From contig NC_068998.1 of NCBI RefSeq assembly GCF_001194135.2, forward strand, positions 44,028,260 through 44,082,040: DNA of 53,781 nt. The letters run 5' to 3'. The translations under genes and the position numbers were made by a program. The stretch's first letter is position 1. The number at the start of each line of letters is the position of its first letter. The notes beneath the pieces are model-generated. The model saw only the letters and a program-made list of their open reading frames with translations. It was not told where the DNA came from and did not search any database. This DNA is from Octopus bimaculoides. Taxonomy: Eukaryota. Shown here one piece after another: positions 1-12,713 of this stretch.

Positions 1-531
1 TATATATACACTCATGCACACAAACACATACCTGCATTGTACAGACACCAATACACTGACAGGCAACATAATCTATAGTAACACAGCTTCATGCGCAGAG
101 ATTTATTTATATGTGTGTCTGTGTGAGTGCGCAGAGGTGTGTGATGATGTGTATTTCATATGTGTGTGTGTGTGTGTTTATACATATATATACATATATA
201 TACATATATATACATATATATGTATGTATGAATATGTATGTATATGTGCATATGTATAGATATGGATACATGTATATGTTTGTGTACATATATATATCTA
301 CCTGCATGTATGAGTATATATGTATGTATACCGATATGTGCATGTATATATATGGGTGTGCATGTGTGTGTGTATTTTTACATGTGTATGTATGTATGCA
401 CACACTTATATATACACACATGTGTATTTATATATATTTGTGTCTATGTATGTATATATCTGTAAATAGGTGATATCTATGCCTGTTTCTATGTGGGTGT
501 ACAGTATATTCATAAATATGCTGTTTTATAG

Positions 532-608
<77 letters not shown>

Positions 609-756
609 TACATACGTAGATACATATACACCTGTGTGTGCATCTCTCTATATATTCATCTATATTTATATATGTTTGTGTGTATGTATGTATATATCTG
701 AAATATGTATTATCTATATTGGTGTACATGTATAGTATGTATATCCCTAGATATGT

Positions 757-787
<31 letters not shown>

Positions 788-832
788 TTTNNNNNNNNNN
801 TATGTATATACCTATATCTATGTATATATACC

Positions 833-859
<27 letters not shown>

Positions 860-863
<4 letters not shown>

Positions 864-899
864 CTTTGTATGTAATATTGTGTCTTTGTATGTAATATT
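860..899. repeat. 20-bp direct tandem duplication
   Basis: GTGTCTTTGTATGTAATATT occurs twice back to back. Confidence 0.9.
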
Positions 900-1284
900 A
901 CTAAAATACAAAGAAAAACTATTTGGTGGTTTGAGCTTTATAGAACATACACACATTTTGGTAAATCACCTGACAGGATTACGCAATTGTTTGTTGACAA
1001 AAATTATGTAATCTAATTTTCGGTATTGAATACCTACAATCTCATATCTAATCTACTTTTGTGTTGCGAATACCTTCAACAGTGGGTATGTTTGTGTGCA
1101 AACAGTAAAAGTGCAGTATACCTTAAGAAGGTTGCTGTATGGTATTAATATGTGGAGATGTTTGTACAGGTGTGTATGTACTGATACGTGTGCCAAAATG
1201 CTTTGGTGAATGTATATGTATGTTTGAGCAGACGTGTGGGTTCAGCACTTAGTATGTGTGAATCTGAGAATATACCTGCACAGA

Positions 1285-1470
1285 TCTCAACCTGTAGTTC
1301 AAAAGGGCCATCCTTGTCACATCTGGTGCAGGTTGCTGAATCTCCCTGAGAATTACATTAAGTGTATGTGTGTCTTTGGAGTGCTCTGTCATTTGTGTGT
1401 TGATTACACAAGCGGGCTGATCCACTGATTGAATCAACTGGAATCCTTGTCACTGTAACTGATGGAAACC
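1285..1470 (+). mobile_element. Degraded 3' part of SINE family C
   Basis: Matches the reverse complement of the 33268-33450 tail (gctgaat..gagaa..acattaag..ggagtgctc..atcaactggaa). Confidence 0.65.
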
Positions 1471-1509
1471 CAGGCCACGAGCATGAGACTTAGAGAATAT
1501 GTAGATACA

Positions 1510-1886
1510 TTCTTTTATTCTGTTTCTTGTTTCGGTCATTTGACTGCAGCCTTGCAGCACTGCCTTTAGTCAAACAAATTGACCCCAGGACTTATTCTTT
1601 GTAAGCCTAGTACTTATTCTATCGGTCACTTTCACTAAGTTACAGTGATGTAAACACACCAACATCGGTTGTCAAGCGATAGTGGGAGGACAAACACAGA
1701 CACACACACACACATGTATATATACAATGGGCTTCTTTCAATTTCCCTTTACTAAATCCACTCACAAGGCTTTGGTTAGCACAAGGCTACAGTAGAAGAC
1801 ACTTGCTCAAGGTGCTACACAACGGGACTGAACCTTGAACCGTGTGGTTGGGAAGCAAGCTTCTTACCATGCAGCCACTCCTGCAT
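1510..1886 (-). mobile_element. tRNA-derived SINE family A, near full length
   Basis: Shares head, body and ttcttttattc tail with copies at 26983, 37198, 38415 and 40630. Confidence 0.9.
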
Positions 1887-2125
1887 CTCATGTGTGGATA
1901 AGAAATAAAGTTTACAATCTTCCCCTGATGCCAGTTTAGTGATTACACAACACAACAACAAGGCATCAATAAAGGAACCGTTTTCATAACCAAAAGCTGA
2001 CTACAGTAGGAGTGAAAGGGAGATAACCACTGAAATTACTGCTGCTACTACAAACATTGCAGCTTTTAGTACACCTGAGACTAGAGCTACAAGTCTCTAC
2101 TACCACTGGTTCAACAACTATTGCC

Positions 2126-2331
2126 TAACCATTTAGCATTTAAACTGGCCATAACTGACCCAAATATTCTGTGTTTTATACTAACACTGACCAGATACAA
2201 CCTCTCATACATACCCTACAATGTCTGCAATCACATCATTGAAATCTTGAAGGTACAAAATAAAAGGTGATTAATTCAAAACAATGTGAATAAATCAGCA
2301 ATGCAAAGAAACCTGAATGATAAAAGGTTAA
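2126..2331. mobile_element. MITE with TTAACCC-type termini (piggyBac-like)
   Basis: Left end taaccatttagcattt, right end gaatgataaaaggttaa; internal sequence is homologous to 23712-24145. Confidence 0.65.
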
Positions 2332-3593
2332 GTTGCCATTCTTTGTCTGCTAATGCGACTGATACAGCCATGGCCAAGGATACTTGGCCACAAGCATTGC
2401 TGATGCTACTTCAAGTAGTAATAAGTTCTGAATGACAAAGGATAACGTCCACTACTAGAACTGTAACCATTGCAATGACCTCTCAGTAGCCATCAGAAAC
2501 CGAGTTCTAGCACCATATGAATTTTATAAGTAAAAACATTTGAACTTTTTGAACTGATAACATCAAAGATTACGTACATGTTTATATAACGTGTGTATAT
2601 GTGTGTGCATGTCACTGGGTATTTGAACTTCCACTACCTCTTATGCATGTGTCGTATATGTATGAGTGTACGCAAATGAACTGGCTGTATTGTCTGACTC
2701 ATTTTCTGCCCGCTGACTTCTAGGCCAAACAACCGCACTTCACTTATCACCAATCATTCTACCTCTTCCCATTTATCTCAGAGATAAAACAAAAATGATA
2801 AAATGCTTCTTTTTTATAATGGCTATAAAAGAATCTACTGAATATACATGCAGCTCACATTTTGGCATAGACTACCAACTGATGTTGACAACCAACAACA
2901 AATTAAATTACATTTTTTCTTCTGAGGATCTGGTATTATAAGGTGATTATGCAATCATCTATATAACGATTATTGCATGGTAAACTAGTATATGTTAGTG
3001 AAACATGTGTAATGATTATGTAGTTTATGATGTGAAAATAAAAATTTAAACTGGATCTTCTGTTTTATCCTGCTTTTGTGTGTATATCTATCTGTGTGTG
3101 TGTATTATAGAAATACAACTTCAGCATTATCTCGTGTGTATGTATATATTATGTATATATTATTGTCGTCGTTTTATATCTGTTTTTCCATGATGAACAT
3201 AGTGACGGAGAAGATCAAACCATCTGCCAGGTCAGTATGGGTTGGACACTTTTCTCAGGGTTCTGGGTGCAAGGCATTTGCTGTTGATGTTATACAGGCT
3301 TATTGTTGGGAGATGGGTGGTAATGGAGAGAGAAACAGAGATGGTGTTTGGGAGAGGATAATAGAAGGGAAGTGAAAAAGTACTGTCTGGGGATTGTGAC
3401 TGAGTTAATGATGGGATGATAGAGAGAGAGAGAGAGATGAGTTGGGGGAGATGCAGTGATATCACACATTATACATGGTTGGTCAAAAGTCACCTGACAG
3501 TAAATAAAAAACCCAATTTATTCCCAAGATTAAAACAAAAAAAATATTTTATATGAGACTTCACTAATAAGTCATAAGTATGTGGTAAGTATA

Positions 3594-3756
3594 GGTGCGG
3601 GAGTGGTTGTGTGGTAAGTAGCTTGCTTACCAACCACATGGTTCTGGGTTCAGTCCCACTGCGTGGCACCTTGGGCAAGTGTCTCCTACTATAGCCTCGG
3701 GACAACCAAAGCCTTGTGCGTGAATTTGGTAGACGGAAACTGAAAGAAGCCCATCA

Positions 3757-3788
<32 letters not shown>
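3594..3788 (+). mobile_element. SINE family A, 5' half (cut by assembly gap)
   Basis: Head ggtgcgggagtggttgtgtggtaagtagcttgc with a B-box-like GGTTCAGTCCC. Confidence 0.9.
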
Positions 3789-4279
3789 NNNNNNNNNNNN
3801 NNNNNNNNNNNNNNNNNNNNNNNNNNNNNNNNNNNNNNNNNNNNNNNNNNNNNNNNNNNNNNNNNNNNNNNNNNNNNNNNNNNNNNNNNNNNNNNNNNNN
3901 NNNNNNNNNNNNNNNNNNNNNNNNNNNNNNNNNNNNNNNNNNNNNNNNNNNNNNNNNNNNNNNNNNNNNNNNNNNNNNNNNNNNNNNNNNNNNNNNNNNN
4001 NNNNNNNNNNNNNNNNNNNNNNNNNNNNNNNNNNNNNNNNNNNNNNNNNNNNNNNNNNNNNNNNNNNNNNNNNNNNNNNNNNNNNNNNNNNNNNNNNNNN
4101 NNNNNNNNNNNNNNNNNNNNNNNNNNNNNNNNNNNNNNNNNNNNNNNNNNNNNNNNNNNNNNNNNNNNNNNNNNNNNNNNNNNNNNNNNNNNNNNNNNNN
4201 NNNNNNNNNNNNNNNNNNNNNNNNNNNNNNNNNNNNNNNNNNNNNNNNNNNNNNNNNNNNNNNNNNNNNNNNNNNNNNN

Positions 4280-4381
4280 AATGAGTATGTGAATCTGAGA
4301 GGGGAGTATGATTAATAAAATCATAATTAACTGATCCTCCTGTATTTTCTTTTACCCATAACTTGGAACTTCTCAGCACCT

Positions 4382-4388
<7 letters not shown>
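4280..4388 (+). mobile_element. Right end of a mariner-derived element (transposase C-terminus plus TIR)
   Basis: Translates YVNLRGEY, resembling the mariner C-terminal CIxLxGDYVE motif. It ends in ggaacttctcagcacctcatcata, an imperfect reverse complement of the terminus at 45831. Confidence 0.7.
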
Positions 4389-4412
<24 letters not shown>

Positions 4413-4423
4413 CATGAATATAC

Positions 4424-4590
4424 TACACTCTCTGAGTGGCTGGCGTTAGGAAGGGCATCCAGCTGTAGAAACTCTGCCAAATCAGACTGGAGCCTGGTGT
4501 TGCCATCCGGTTTCACCAGTCCTCAGTCAAATCGTCCAACCCATGCTAGCATGGAAAGCAGACGTTAAACGATGAGGATGATGATGATGA
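4424..4590 (+). mobile_element. Family E short retroposon with (GAT)n tail
   Basis: gagtggctggcgttaggaagggcatccagctgtagaaac...ggacgttaaacgatgatgat; also present at 35103, 48118 and 50520. Confidence 0.85.
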
Positions 4591-5379
4591 ATATATTCAC
4601 AACAGCACACAATTAGTTATGTACATGGAAAGTACTGCATTGAGAGACACATACATGGAAACTGATACATGAACATGTGCCTACCTGCATGCACACATAT
4701 ACACACATATACACACATATACACACATATACACACAAGTGCATGCAGGCATCTGCCAACACATGTTGACATGCTCGTAGACATAAATTATCTCAAATAC
4801 GCATCTTCAGACAGCAACCAACACGTGCAGACACACACAGAAGTATGTGTGTGTGTCTATTATGTAATATACACGCATGTGTGTGTGTATTTGTGCATAT
4901 ATATGTGTACATATGCATATATGTGTTTGTGTGTGAGTGTATGCATGTGCATAAATATGTGTGTCTATGCATATGTATATATGTGTGTGTGTGTATTTTG
5001 TGCATATATATGTGTGTTTGGTATGTATATGTATATATATTTATGTGTGTGTGTGTGTGCATTTAATATATTTAATTACAGAAGCACACACACACACACA
5101 CTCACAGGTATAAATTTATAGAAGATCTCTCTCTCTCTCTCTCTCTCACATATACGCATGGAGTCTCTGTGCAGTGATTCAGCCTCCTATTTATAGCAAT
5201 TGGTTCTCCCTCTGCCTACATTCTGCCGTCTTATAAAAAGAAACAAACCAAGTTTTGTAGCCCAACAGATTCTGTCCAGCAGTACAAGTCAGGGGGCTCA
5301 TAGCATAACTCAGAACATGTCCTGTCATAGGTTGGTCGAGCTCAGGACATCCTTATAACAGCAACATCACTCTGGATAG

Positions 5380-5422
<43 letters not shown>

Positions 5423-5618
5423 TGGATGGATGGAACACATGATCACCTTTTGGGATATAGACATAATTATTCAAATAAATTGTACATGTTGGAGGATGTT
5501 TGTGTGTATGTATGCATATATATATATGTGTATGTATCTATATGTTATAACTGCTGAAGGTGGCAGTAGTAGAATATTCTTCAGAATTTGCCAACTTTAT
5601 ATATATATACATACATAC

Positions 5619-5672
<54 letters not shown>

Positions 5673-6242
5673 TCATATACACACACATTGTCTCTGGAAA
5701 TTGAAGAACTAGTAGCAAGCATATTTGAATGTATGTGTGTGTGTGTGTGTGTGTGTATTTGTATATATATAGTTTTCATCCTTTCCTGAGTATACCGTAT
5801 ATCATCAACATCATCCTTTAACATCTGTTTTTCATGCTGGCATGGGTTGGACTTATGTATATGTATAATTCTTAATTGCACATGTACACAAACATAAACC
5901 TGTAAATACACACACACACACACACACACACACATGCGTGTGCGCCCGCACATTTTAAAACACTTCGATGAATACTTCTGTAATTGCTTTGAGATTTACA
6001 CATACACACAGACATACATGAGAATACGTCAACGTATATCTGGCGGTATGCAGAAACACGTATACATTCACGCATTCACATGCTCAGACACGAGCTTCCT
6101 GTCACACACGCATTAAGGTATAGTGAAGTGCGTATCTGTGATACATATGTATGTGTGTTTGTGTTGTGTGTTGACAGATGTGTGTATCATGTATCATAAA
6201 TGCATATGGCTGTATGTGTGTGTGCTTGCGTGGGTGGATTGG

Positions 6243-6320
<78 letters not shown>

Positions 6321-6908
6321 AAGAGAGAGCTTTGTATGGCAGAGGTGTTACTATGACATTTTACATCCTGTCACCAACACATGCTGAGATATTTTGTGTT
6401 AAAATAATAGGCTGTAAAAGCCCAGTCTATTTAGTTGTTCATGGGAGCCACATGTTAGTAGGATATAATTGCTGAAGGCAGCAGTAGTAGAATATTCTTA
6501 AGAATTTGCCAACTTTATTTTGTTTACAATGTCATGTTCGTCCTAAAAAGGGGAGGAAGAGATTTGGAAATGGTGTAGTTTGACTCGTAGACCTGAAAGA
6601 ACTTTTGTGGTTACTGGTTGTTAGGGGCCTCCAGGGTTTTGATAACTGCTATATGTGGTCAGGCAGCAGATCAACAAATACGCTGATAGACAGTGTGGTT
6701 TGCTATCAATAAAGGTTCAAATTCTATAGACCTATGCAAAATGTTTGGCTAGAAGTATTTTTATGAAAGCTCTGCCCTTCTAGGACTGCCCTGGGGTTAA
6801 ACAATAACAGCATCTATACAATAAAGTTGAAATGACAAAATGGACAAAACGTATGTGTGTATATATATGTATGTATGTGTGTGTGTGTGTGTGTATATAT
6901 ATGTGTAA

Positions 6909-6942
<34 letters not shown>

Positions 6943-7218
6943 GTGTGTGTATGTATATATACATGTGTGTGTGTATGTACATATATGTATATACACATAC
7001 ACACACACACATATATGTCTTTTAAATTTGTTTACAGGAAACGTTTTGAATATCCAAATAAAGCTTTTATTCCATTATGTTGGCCACAGTCTAATGATGC
7101 TGACTGGTGAACCAGTTTTTGGGGTTTGAACTTAAGAGACATGTGTTTGTGGAAATGCATGTAGCAATGCATTAGATGTTTATAAATTCCATCCAAGGAT
7201 TATTGTTATTATTATCAT

Positions 7219-7260
<42 letters not shown>

Positions 7261-7351
7261 TCTCTCTGTGTCTCTCATATACACACACATAGTGTGTGTG
7301 TGTGTGTGTATGAGAGACAGAGTGAGTGAGAGAGAGAGAGAGATTTCTATA

Positions 7352-7470
7352 TCTTTTATCTTTTACTTGTTTCAGTCATTAGACTGGAGCCATGCTGAAA
7401 CATTGCCTTCAATTTTAGTCAAACAAATCAAACCCAGGACTTATTCTTTGAAGCTTAGTACTTACTTTGC
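7352..7470 (-). mobile_element. SINE family A 3' fragment
   Basis: tcttttacttgtttcagtcatt...aaaccccaggacttattctttg-like tail sequence. Confidence 0.8.
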
Positions 7471-7599
7471 TGATTTCATTTTCATTTCGATCTATATGTA
7501 TGTATGTGTGTATGTACATACATACGCATGGCCTTATTGAACTATTCACAAGACTATCAGATCTTATATATTGTTAGTTACAATATGCTTCCATTCTTC

Positions 7600-7950
7600 C
7601 CTTGATTGTGTCATTCTCTTCCATTTAGGTTCAAATTTTTGACTGTCATTTTCTTTTCATCTTGGAGGTCCTCCAAATGGTCTCCTCCAATCTTTCAGAT
7701 AACACTTGACAAATGGTCTCCTCCAATCTTTTGGTTAACATTTGGCAACTGCATGGGTTCAACTGTTGTCTGTGAGCTTTGCAATATGTCTGGCTCAGTG
7801 GAACTTTTGATTTCTGTATTCCATAATAACATGATTTATTCCACTCCATTCTCAAATTACCTTGTTTCAGATATGCCCCAGTAATGATATTCCTAGCATG
7901 GATTTTTCCATGGCTCTCTGACTCATAGCCAATAACTATTCTTCCTTTTT
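7600..7950 (-). mobile_element. Degraded LINE (RTE-like) ORF 3' remnant
   Basis: Minus-strand translation gives KQGNLRME and, in another frame, RPFGGPPR. These echo the RWAGHVxRME and RPxGRPxxRW motifs at the end of RTE ORFs. Confidence 0.4.
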
Positions 7951-8253
7951 CTGTAGATGCCCCATGTAGTTTGTCTGACTTGTATGCAAGAACAAAGGAA
8001 GGCAAGCAAAAGTAACATTGAATACATGTAGTTGGACCACACCAACTACATGTGACTCACCTCCAAATTACTCCATGTTTTGTAGACGCACATGAACAAA
8101 TATATTATCACCACACATACATATCTATCTGTGTATCTATCTATCTATCCAACCAACAATCGATATGTCAGTTTCTTAAATTGTATAATCATTGATGCCT
8201 ATTTCATATAATTTATTACCAGTTTTGATAAAGATATCACCAAATACCATACT

Positions 8254-8790
8254 GGAGATCTTTCGCAGCCATGTCATCAGGCTGGGCTTGGTTTGGCAGC
8301 CTTTGAGAATGTGGAAAACCTCATGAGAAGTCCCGAGGCTTCCATGAAAATTTAAAAAAAGATCTTGCTTGTGATAATTTGTGGCAGTGAAGCATGGGCT
8401 CTCAATGCTGCCATCATGAACAGCCTCATTGTAGTCCAATGGAAAAGGGAACAAATGATGCTTGGCATCACATTGCAGGATGAGAAAACCAATGCCTGGA
8501 TACAACAGCACACACAAACCAATGGCACCATATGGACCATCAAGGAGAACAAATATAGACGAGCTGGCCATATTGTACAACTAGAGGACAACAGGTGGAC
8601 AATGAAGGTGATGGAATGGTTGCCACGATAATGGAGAAGATTAAGAGGCTGACTAAAGACAAGATGGATATATGATGTCACCCAGTATATGGTGCCTGCA
8701 TGACCATGACTGACAAGAGACAGACATTGGAAGAAGGAGTCCAGAGAGGGATTCCTCTTTCAAAAGTGATGAAGCAATGGTTGAGGTTGA
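8254..8790 (+). mobile_element. RTE-clade LINE remnant (post-RT C-terminal region), frameshifted
   Basis: CGSEAWAL...MMLGITLQDEKTNAWI...KYRRAGHIVQLEDNRWTMKVMEWLPR followed by RG*LKTRW. This follows the RTE pattern YGSETW...MLGI...NxxIR...WAGHVxRxxDNRWT...EWxPR...RGRPxxRW. Confidence 0.85.
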
Positions 8791-9814
8791 GATTATTAGG
8801 TAAGCACACACACACAAATACACACACATACACACACACATTTATGTTGCATGATGTCGACAGTGATGATGACAGTTGTACCTGCTCATTAACCTTTTAT
8901 TTAAGCAACAAATATTTAAACTGATTTTTATGAGTTAATTTTGAAAAAAATTCTTTGTAAATACTTGTTTGTTGTGGTTTCTCTCCAAGCTGACCCTAAA
9001 CAAGGAAACCTGCAATCAAAGCACCCCATTTTTTTTTTTTTTTGAAGATTACATACCCAATGTAATTTTTGATATTCTTGTGTCCTTAGAGATGATACTT
9101 TCTTTTCTCCCAAGCTTCTATATTTATAGCCTGTTCTCCTTTCACAGAGGCAAAGGTGTGATTTGTTGAAGATTTAACTGCTATTTCTAGCAGGTTGAGC
9201 TGTTAATAGGTTCCTTTACATAATATTGAAATAAATTACAAAATCATAACTACAATATTATTAAAAAAAAATTATTTTAACTGATTATCTCCTTAAAATA
9301 CTAAGGAATTATAGAAAAACCGATTAGCAGTGTGATGAAAATAAAATTTAATCGTGAATTTTAATGATGCATAGAGTGAGTGTGTTTACACACAGTTTGT
9401 GGAGTGTGTATATATTTATATATATATATGTGTGAGTATGAATTAGTAGTACAGCGAAATTGCGTTTAAATTCAAACATTACAGGTAAATCGGGATTAAA
9501 GATAGACAGTAGTTTTAAGGTAACCAGGTAACACACGCGAGTATGCACATGTTCTTTTGTCACCAGAATGAAAGGATAGATGTGAGGAAACTCTGAGTAA
9601 AGCCAGAATGGTTCATTAGATTGAAATAAAGGAATAAATTCTACTATATGTGTTGATTACTTTACTCCTGATTATATTGTGGTGGCAAACCAATTAAAGG
9701 ATAAATATAAATGGTGTGTGTGTGTGTGTGTGTGTGTGTGTTTATGCGTACGTTTATAGAATAGTGAAAGGTTATGTAAGTGTTTAATGATAATTATTAT
9801 TATTATTATAAGTG

Positions 9815-10030
9815 AAAGTGGTGAGGTGGTAGAATCATTATTACACTGGATGAAAAGACTTGTGGTATTTTCCTCTGACTTATGTTCTGAGTTCAAATGC
9901 TGATGAGGTCGACTTTGCCTTTTATCATTTCAGGGTTGGTAAAATAGGGACACCAGTTAATCACTGGGGTCGATGTAATCAAATTACCCCAACCTTTGAA
10001 ATTGCTGGCCTTGTGCTAAAATTTAGAAAC
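9815..10030 (+). mobile_element. SINE family B
   Basis: B-box-like GAGTTCAAAT, then gaggtcgactttgcctttt...ggggtcgatgtaatc and a (TTA)n tail. Confidence 0.85.
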
Positions 10031-10203
10031 TAATGATTATTATTATTATTATAATTTATCTTGTAATAATTATCTTGTAATCAATATATGTATTTAATTG
10101 TTTAGATGCACACACGCACATTGATAGAGAAATAAAACTAAAATGTAAAACTCAGAGTAGCAATGTAGGGAAATATCTGTATTCTGTAAATGAATAAATT
10201 CTG

Positions 10204-10307
<104 letters not shown>

Positions 10308-10322
10308 GTATCTATCTAGCTA

Positions 10323-10365
<43 letters not shown>

Positions 10366-10399
10366 TGAGTTTTTCTCACATTTCTAAATCGAAACTCGT

Positions 10400-10404
10400 A
10401 TATA

Positions 10405-10444
<40 letters not shown>

Positions 10445-12400
10445 GAGAGAGAGAGAGAAAGAGAGAGTCATCAAAGAGATGATGCCACACCCAGTATGTG
10501 GACAGCATTACCTGATGACAGGCACTAAGCACCAAGCAAAGAACAGTGCTTCCAGACTGCTCAGGAGTGCAACAGGTGGCTAACAGTTGTTCTGCAAGCA
10601 ACAGCAGTGAGGTATTACATGGCGAAAGGATGTGTCTGAGTGTGCGTAAGTGTGTGTGTGTATGAGTGTGTGTGGGGGGGCTGTAGGTGGGGAATGACTA
10701 AAGGAATGAAAGAGGTGTATTGCTCAGACTTTGAATGAGAGGCTAAGAGGTGAGGAGGAGGAGGAGGAGGATGTGAGGATTGAATAACGAGTGTTATTCA
10801 ATGTGTACATATGTATGAGGGAGAGAGGGGGGAATAGTGTGTGTGTGTGTGTGTGTGTTTGTATGTTTATATGTGTGTGTGAGGTGAGAGATGGACAAAG
10901 GTGGAGAGTTTGTGTGGGAAATAGAAAGAAGGCCTTTTTGTAGAAGTGTGATAAAAAGAAATACATATGTGAGAAAGAAGGTGTGTGAATTTGAGAGAGA
11001 AAAAGAGTGAGAGAGAGAGAAGAGAGGGGGAGTGTATAGGAAGAGAGGAGGGAGAGATTTTGCGTATTTGTATAAGAAGAGAGTGAAAGTATATATGTAT
11101 AAGTCTGTATAAGGGAAAGTATGTATGTATAAGTCTGAAATACTGAATTGTTGTGTATGTTTGATATGAAAAAGACAAGATAGATAGATAGATGGATAGA
11201 TAGATCGATCGCTAGATAGATAGATAGATAGATAGAGAATAAGAGAGAACAGGTAAGTGTTTGTGTGTGTGAGTGTGTAAAAAGAGAGAGTATATGCGCT
11301 GAGATGCAGTAGAAAATGTTAGAAGTTGTTTAGTGAAGTTAATGAGCTCGATAGCTAAATAGATAGAATATAAGATATATAGGGAGGTGGAGATAAGTAA
11401 TTAGTCACTACACTGATACACACACATGTATTTATATATGTATTTATGTATATATATTTAGAGAGAGAGAGAGAGAGAGAGAGATTAGGGTAAGTGGGTG
11501 GTAGATATGTTGTAATTTATAGATAAATAACTGAACAGATAGATGGATGGCTGAATGGATAGTTAAAAATGTTAAAAATGTATTTATAGAGCATTGGAGG
11601 GAGTGGCTATGAAATTCTTGACAAACTTACAGGTAGCTCAAGTAAGAAGGTGAAAGACAGAGAAGGTGTGTGAGGGAGAGAGAGAGGTAGAAGTAGTGCA
11701 AGGGAATCGTTTATAGAAAAGGATGGAGTGCATGCAAAAAAAGAGTTGAAGTGTATGTGTGTGTCTGTGTGTGTGTGAGAGAGAGAAAGAGAGAGGGAGA
11801 GAGTGTGTGGGGATGAGGGGCTGGGTAAGGAAGAAGAAGAAAACAAGTTGAGACCAGCTGCTTGCTCCTGTGATTAAACTCAGGCATCATTAACTACCCG
11901 ACTGTCACCTTCGTTTTTACTATTGCACTGACTAGTTTTGTAGCATCTCACCAGCAGTAACAGCAACAATGACAGCAGCATCAGCATCATCATCATCATC
12001 ATCGGCAGCAGCAGCAGCAGTCCTTTGCAGCATTGATGGCTGAAGTGGTGAGATGGCTGCAACGGTAGCGATGATGACAGTAACAGCAGCTGCATCATCA
12101 TCGTCGTCGTCATCATCATCATCATCATCATCGTCATCTCCATCGTCGTCATTGTCATTGTCATCGTTATCATTGACAGCAATAGTGTCATCAACAGCTG
12201 CAATAGCAGAAGCAGCAGCAGCGTCGTCAACAGCGGCAGAGTGCAACTTCACAGTTCAATAAGCGAGACTGTGCATGCTGGCTGCCTGCGCTAGTTACAG
12301 CACCAAGCAAGGAGAGAGAGAGAGGGGGAGATAGAGAGAGAGAGGGGAGAGAAAGAAAGACAGAAAGTGAGGAGAGTGCACTGGTACTGTGGCGCTGTAT
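10400..12400 (+). promoter_or_regulatory. Candidate promoter / 5' non-coding exon region
   Basis: Free of SINEs, GA-rich, with several GTAAG donor-like sites (10646, 11253, 11490) and a GC/CpG-richer trinucleotide island at 11950-12300. Lies upstream of the exon at 15990. Confidence 0.35.
11950..12240. repeat. Cryptic mixed trinucleotide repeat (CAG/CAT/CGT/GCA)
   Basis: Direct reading; it produces the poly-S, poly-D and poly-M ORFs. Confidence 0.85.
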
Positions 12401-12673
12401 AATAGCCATTCTATGTCATAGAGTGAAGCTGCAAAATGACTCTAACCATAGTTACATTTATCACATTTGCAGTCATCACATTCCTGACACCTTAACAGCA
12501 TCTTTTGTCACAGATATGAACACATGCACAGATACATATGACCACGTATACACCTATTCAAACAATAACATTTGAAACAGAAAAAAAGGGGATAAAAAAA
12601 AAGGCTAGCACAAAACAACCTCCTATATACATAAACATACGTTTATTTATATAACATACATATATAGATATAC

Positions 12674-12713
<40 letters not shown>

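Noticed and set aside
14-1011. ORFs rich in Y/I/C/V/H/T
   Set aside because: Translations of (TA)n, (TG)n and (CA)n microsatellites; the same applies to most ORFs in the track.
8261-8280. CUGAUGA-CAUGGCUGC-GAAA on the minus strand
   Set aside because: No stem II pairing; it lies within the RTE coding remnant.
11932-12252. Poly-Asp ORF on the minus strand
   Set aside because: Product of a trinucleotide repeat; all frames give homopolymers and no splice or codon support was seen.
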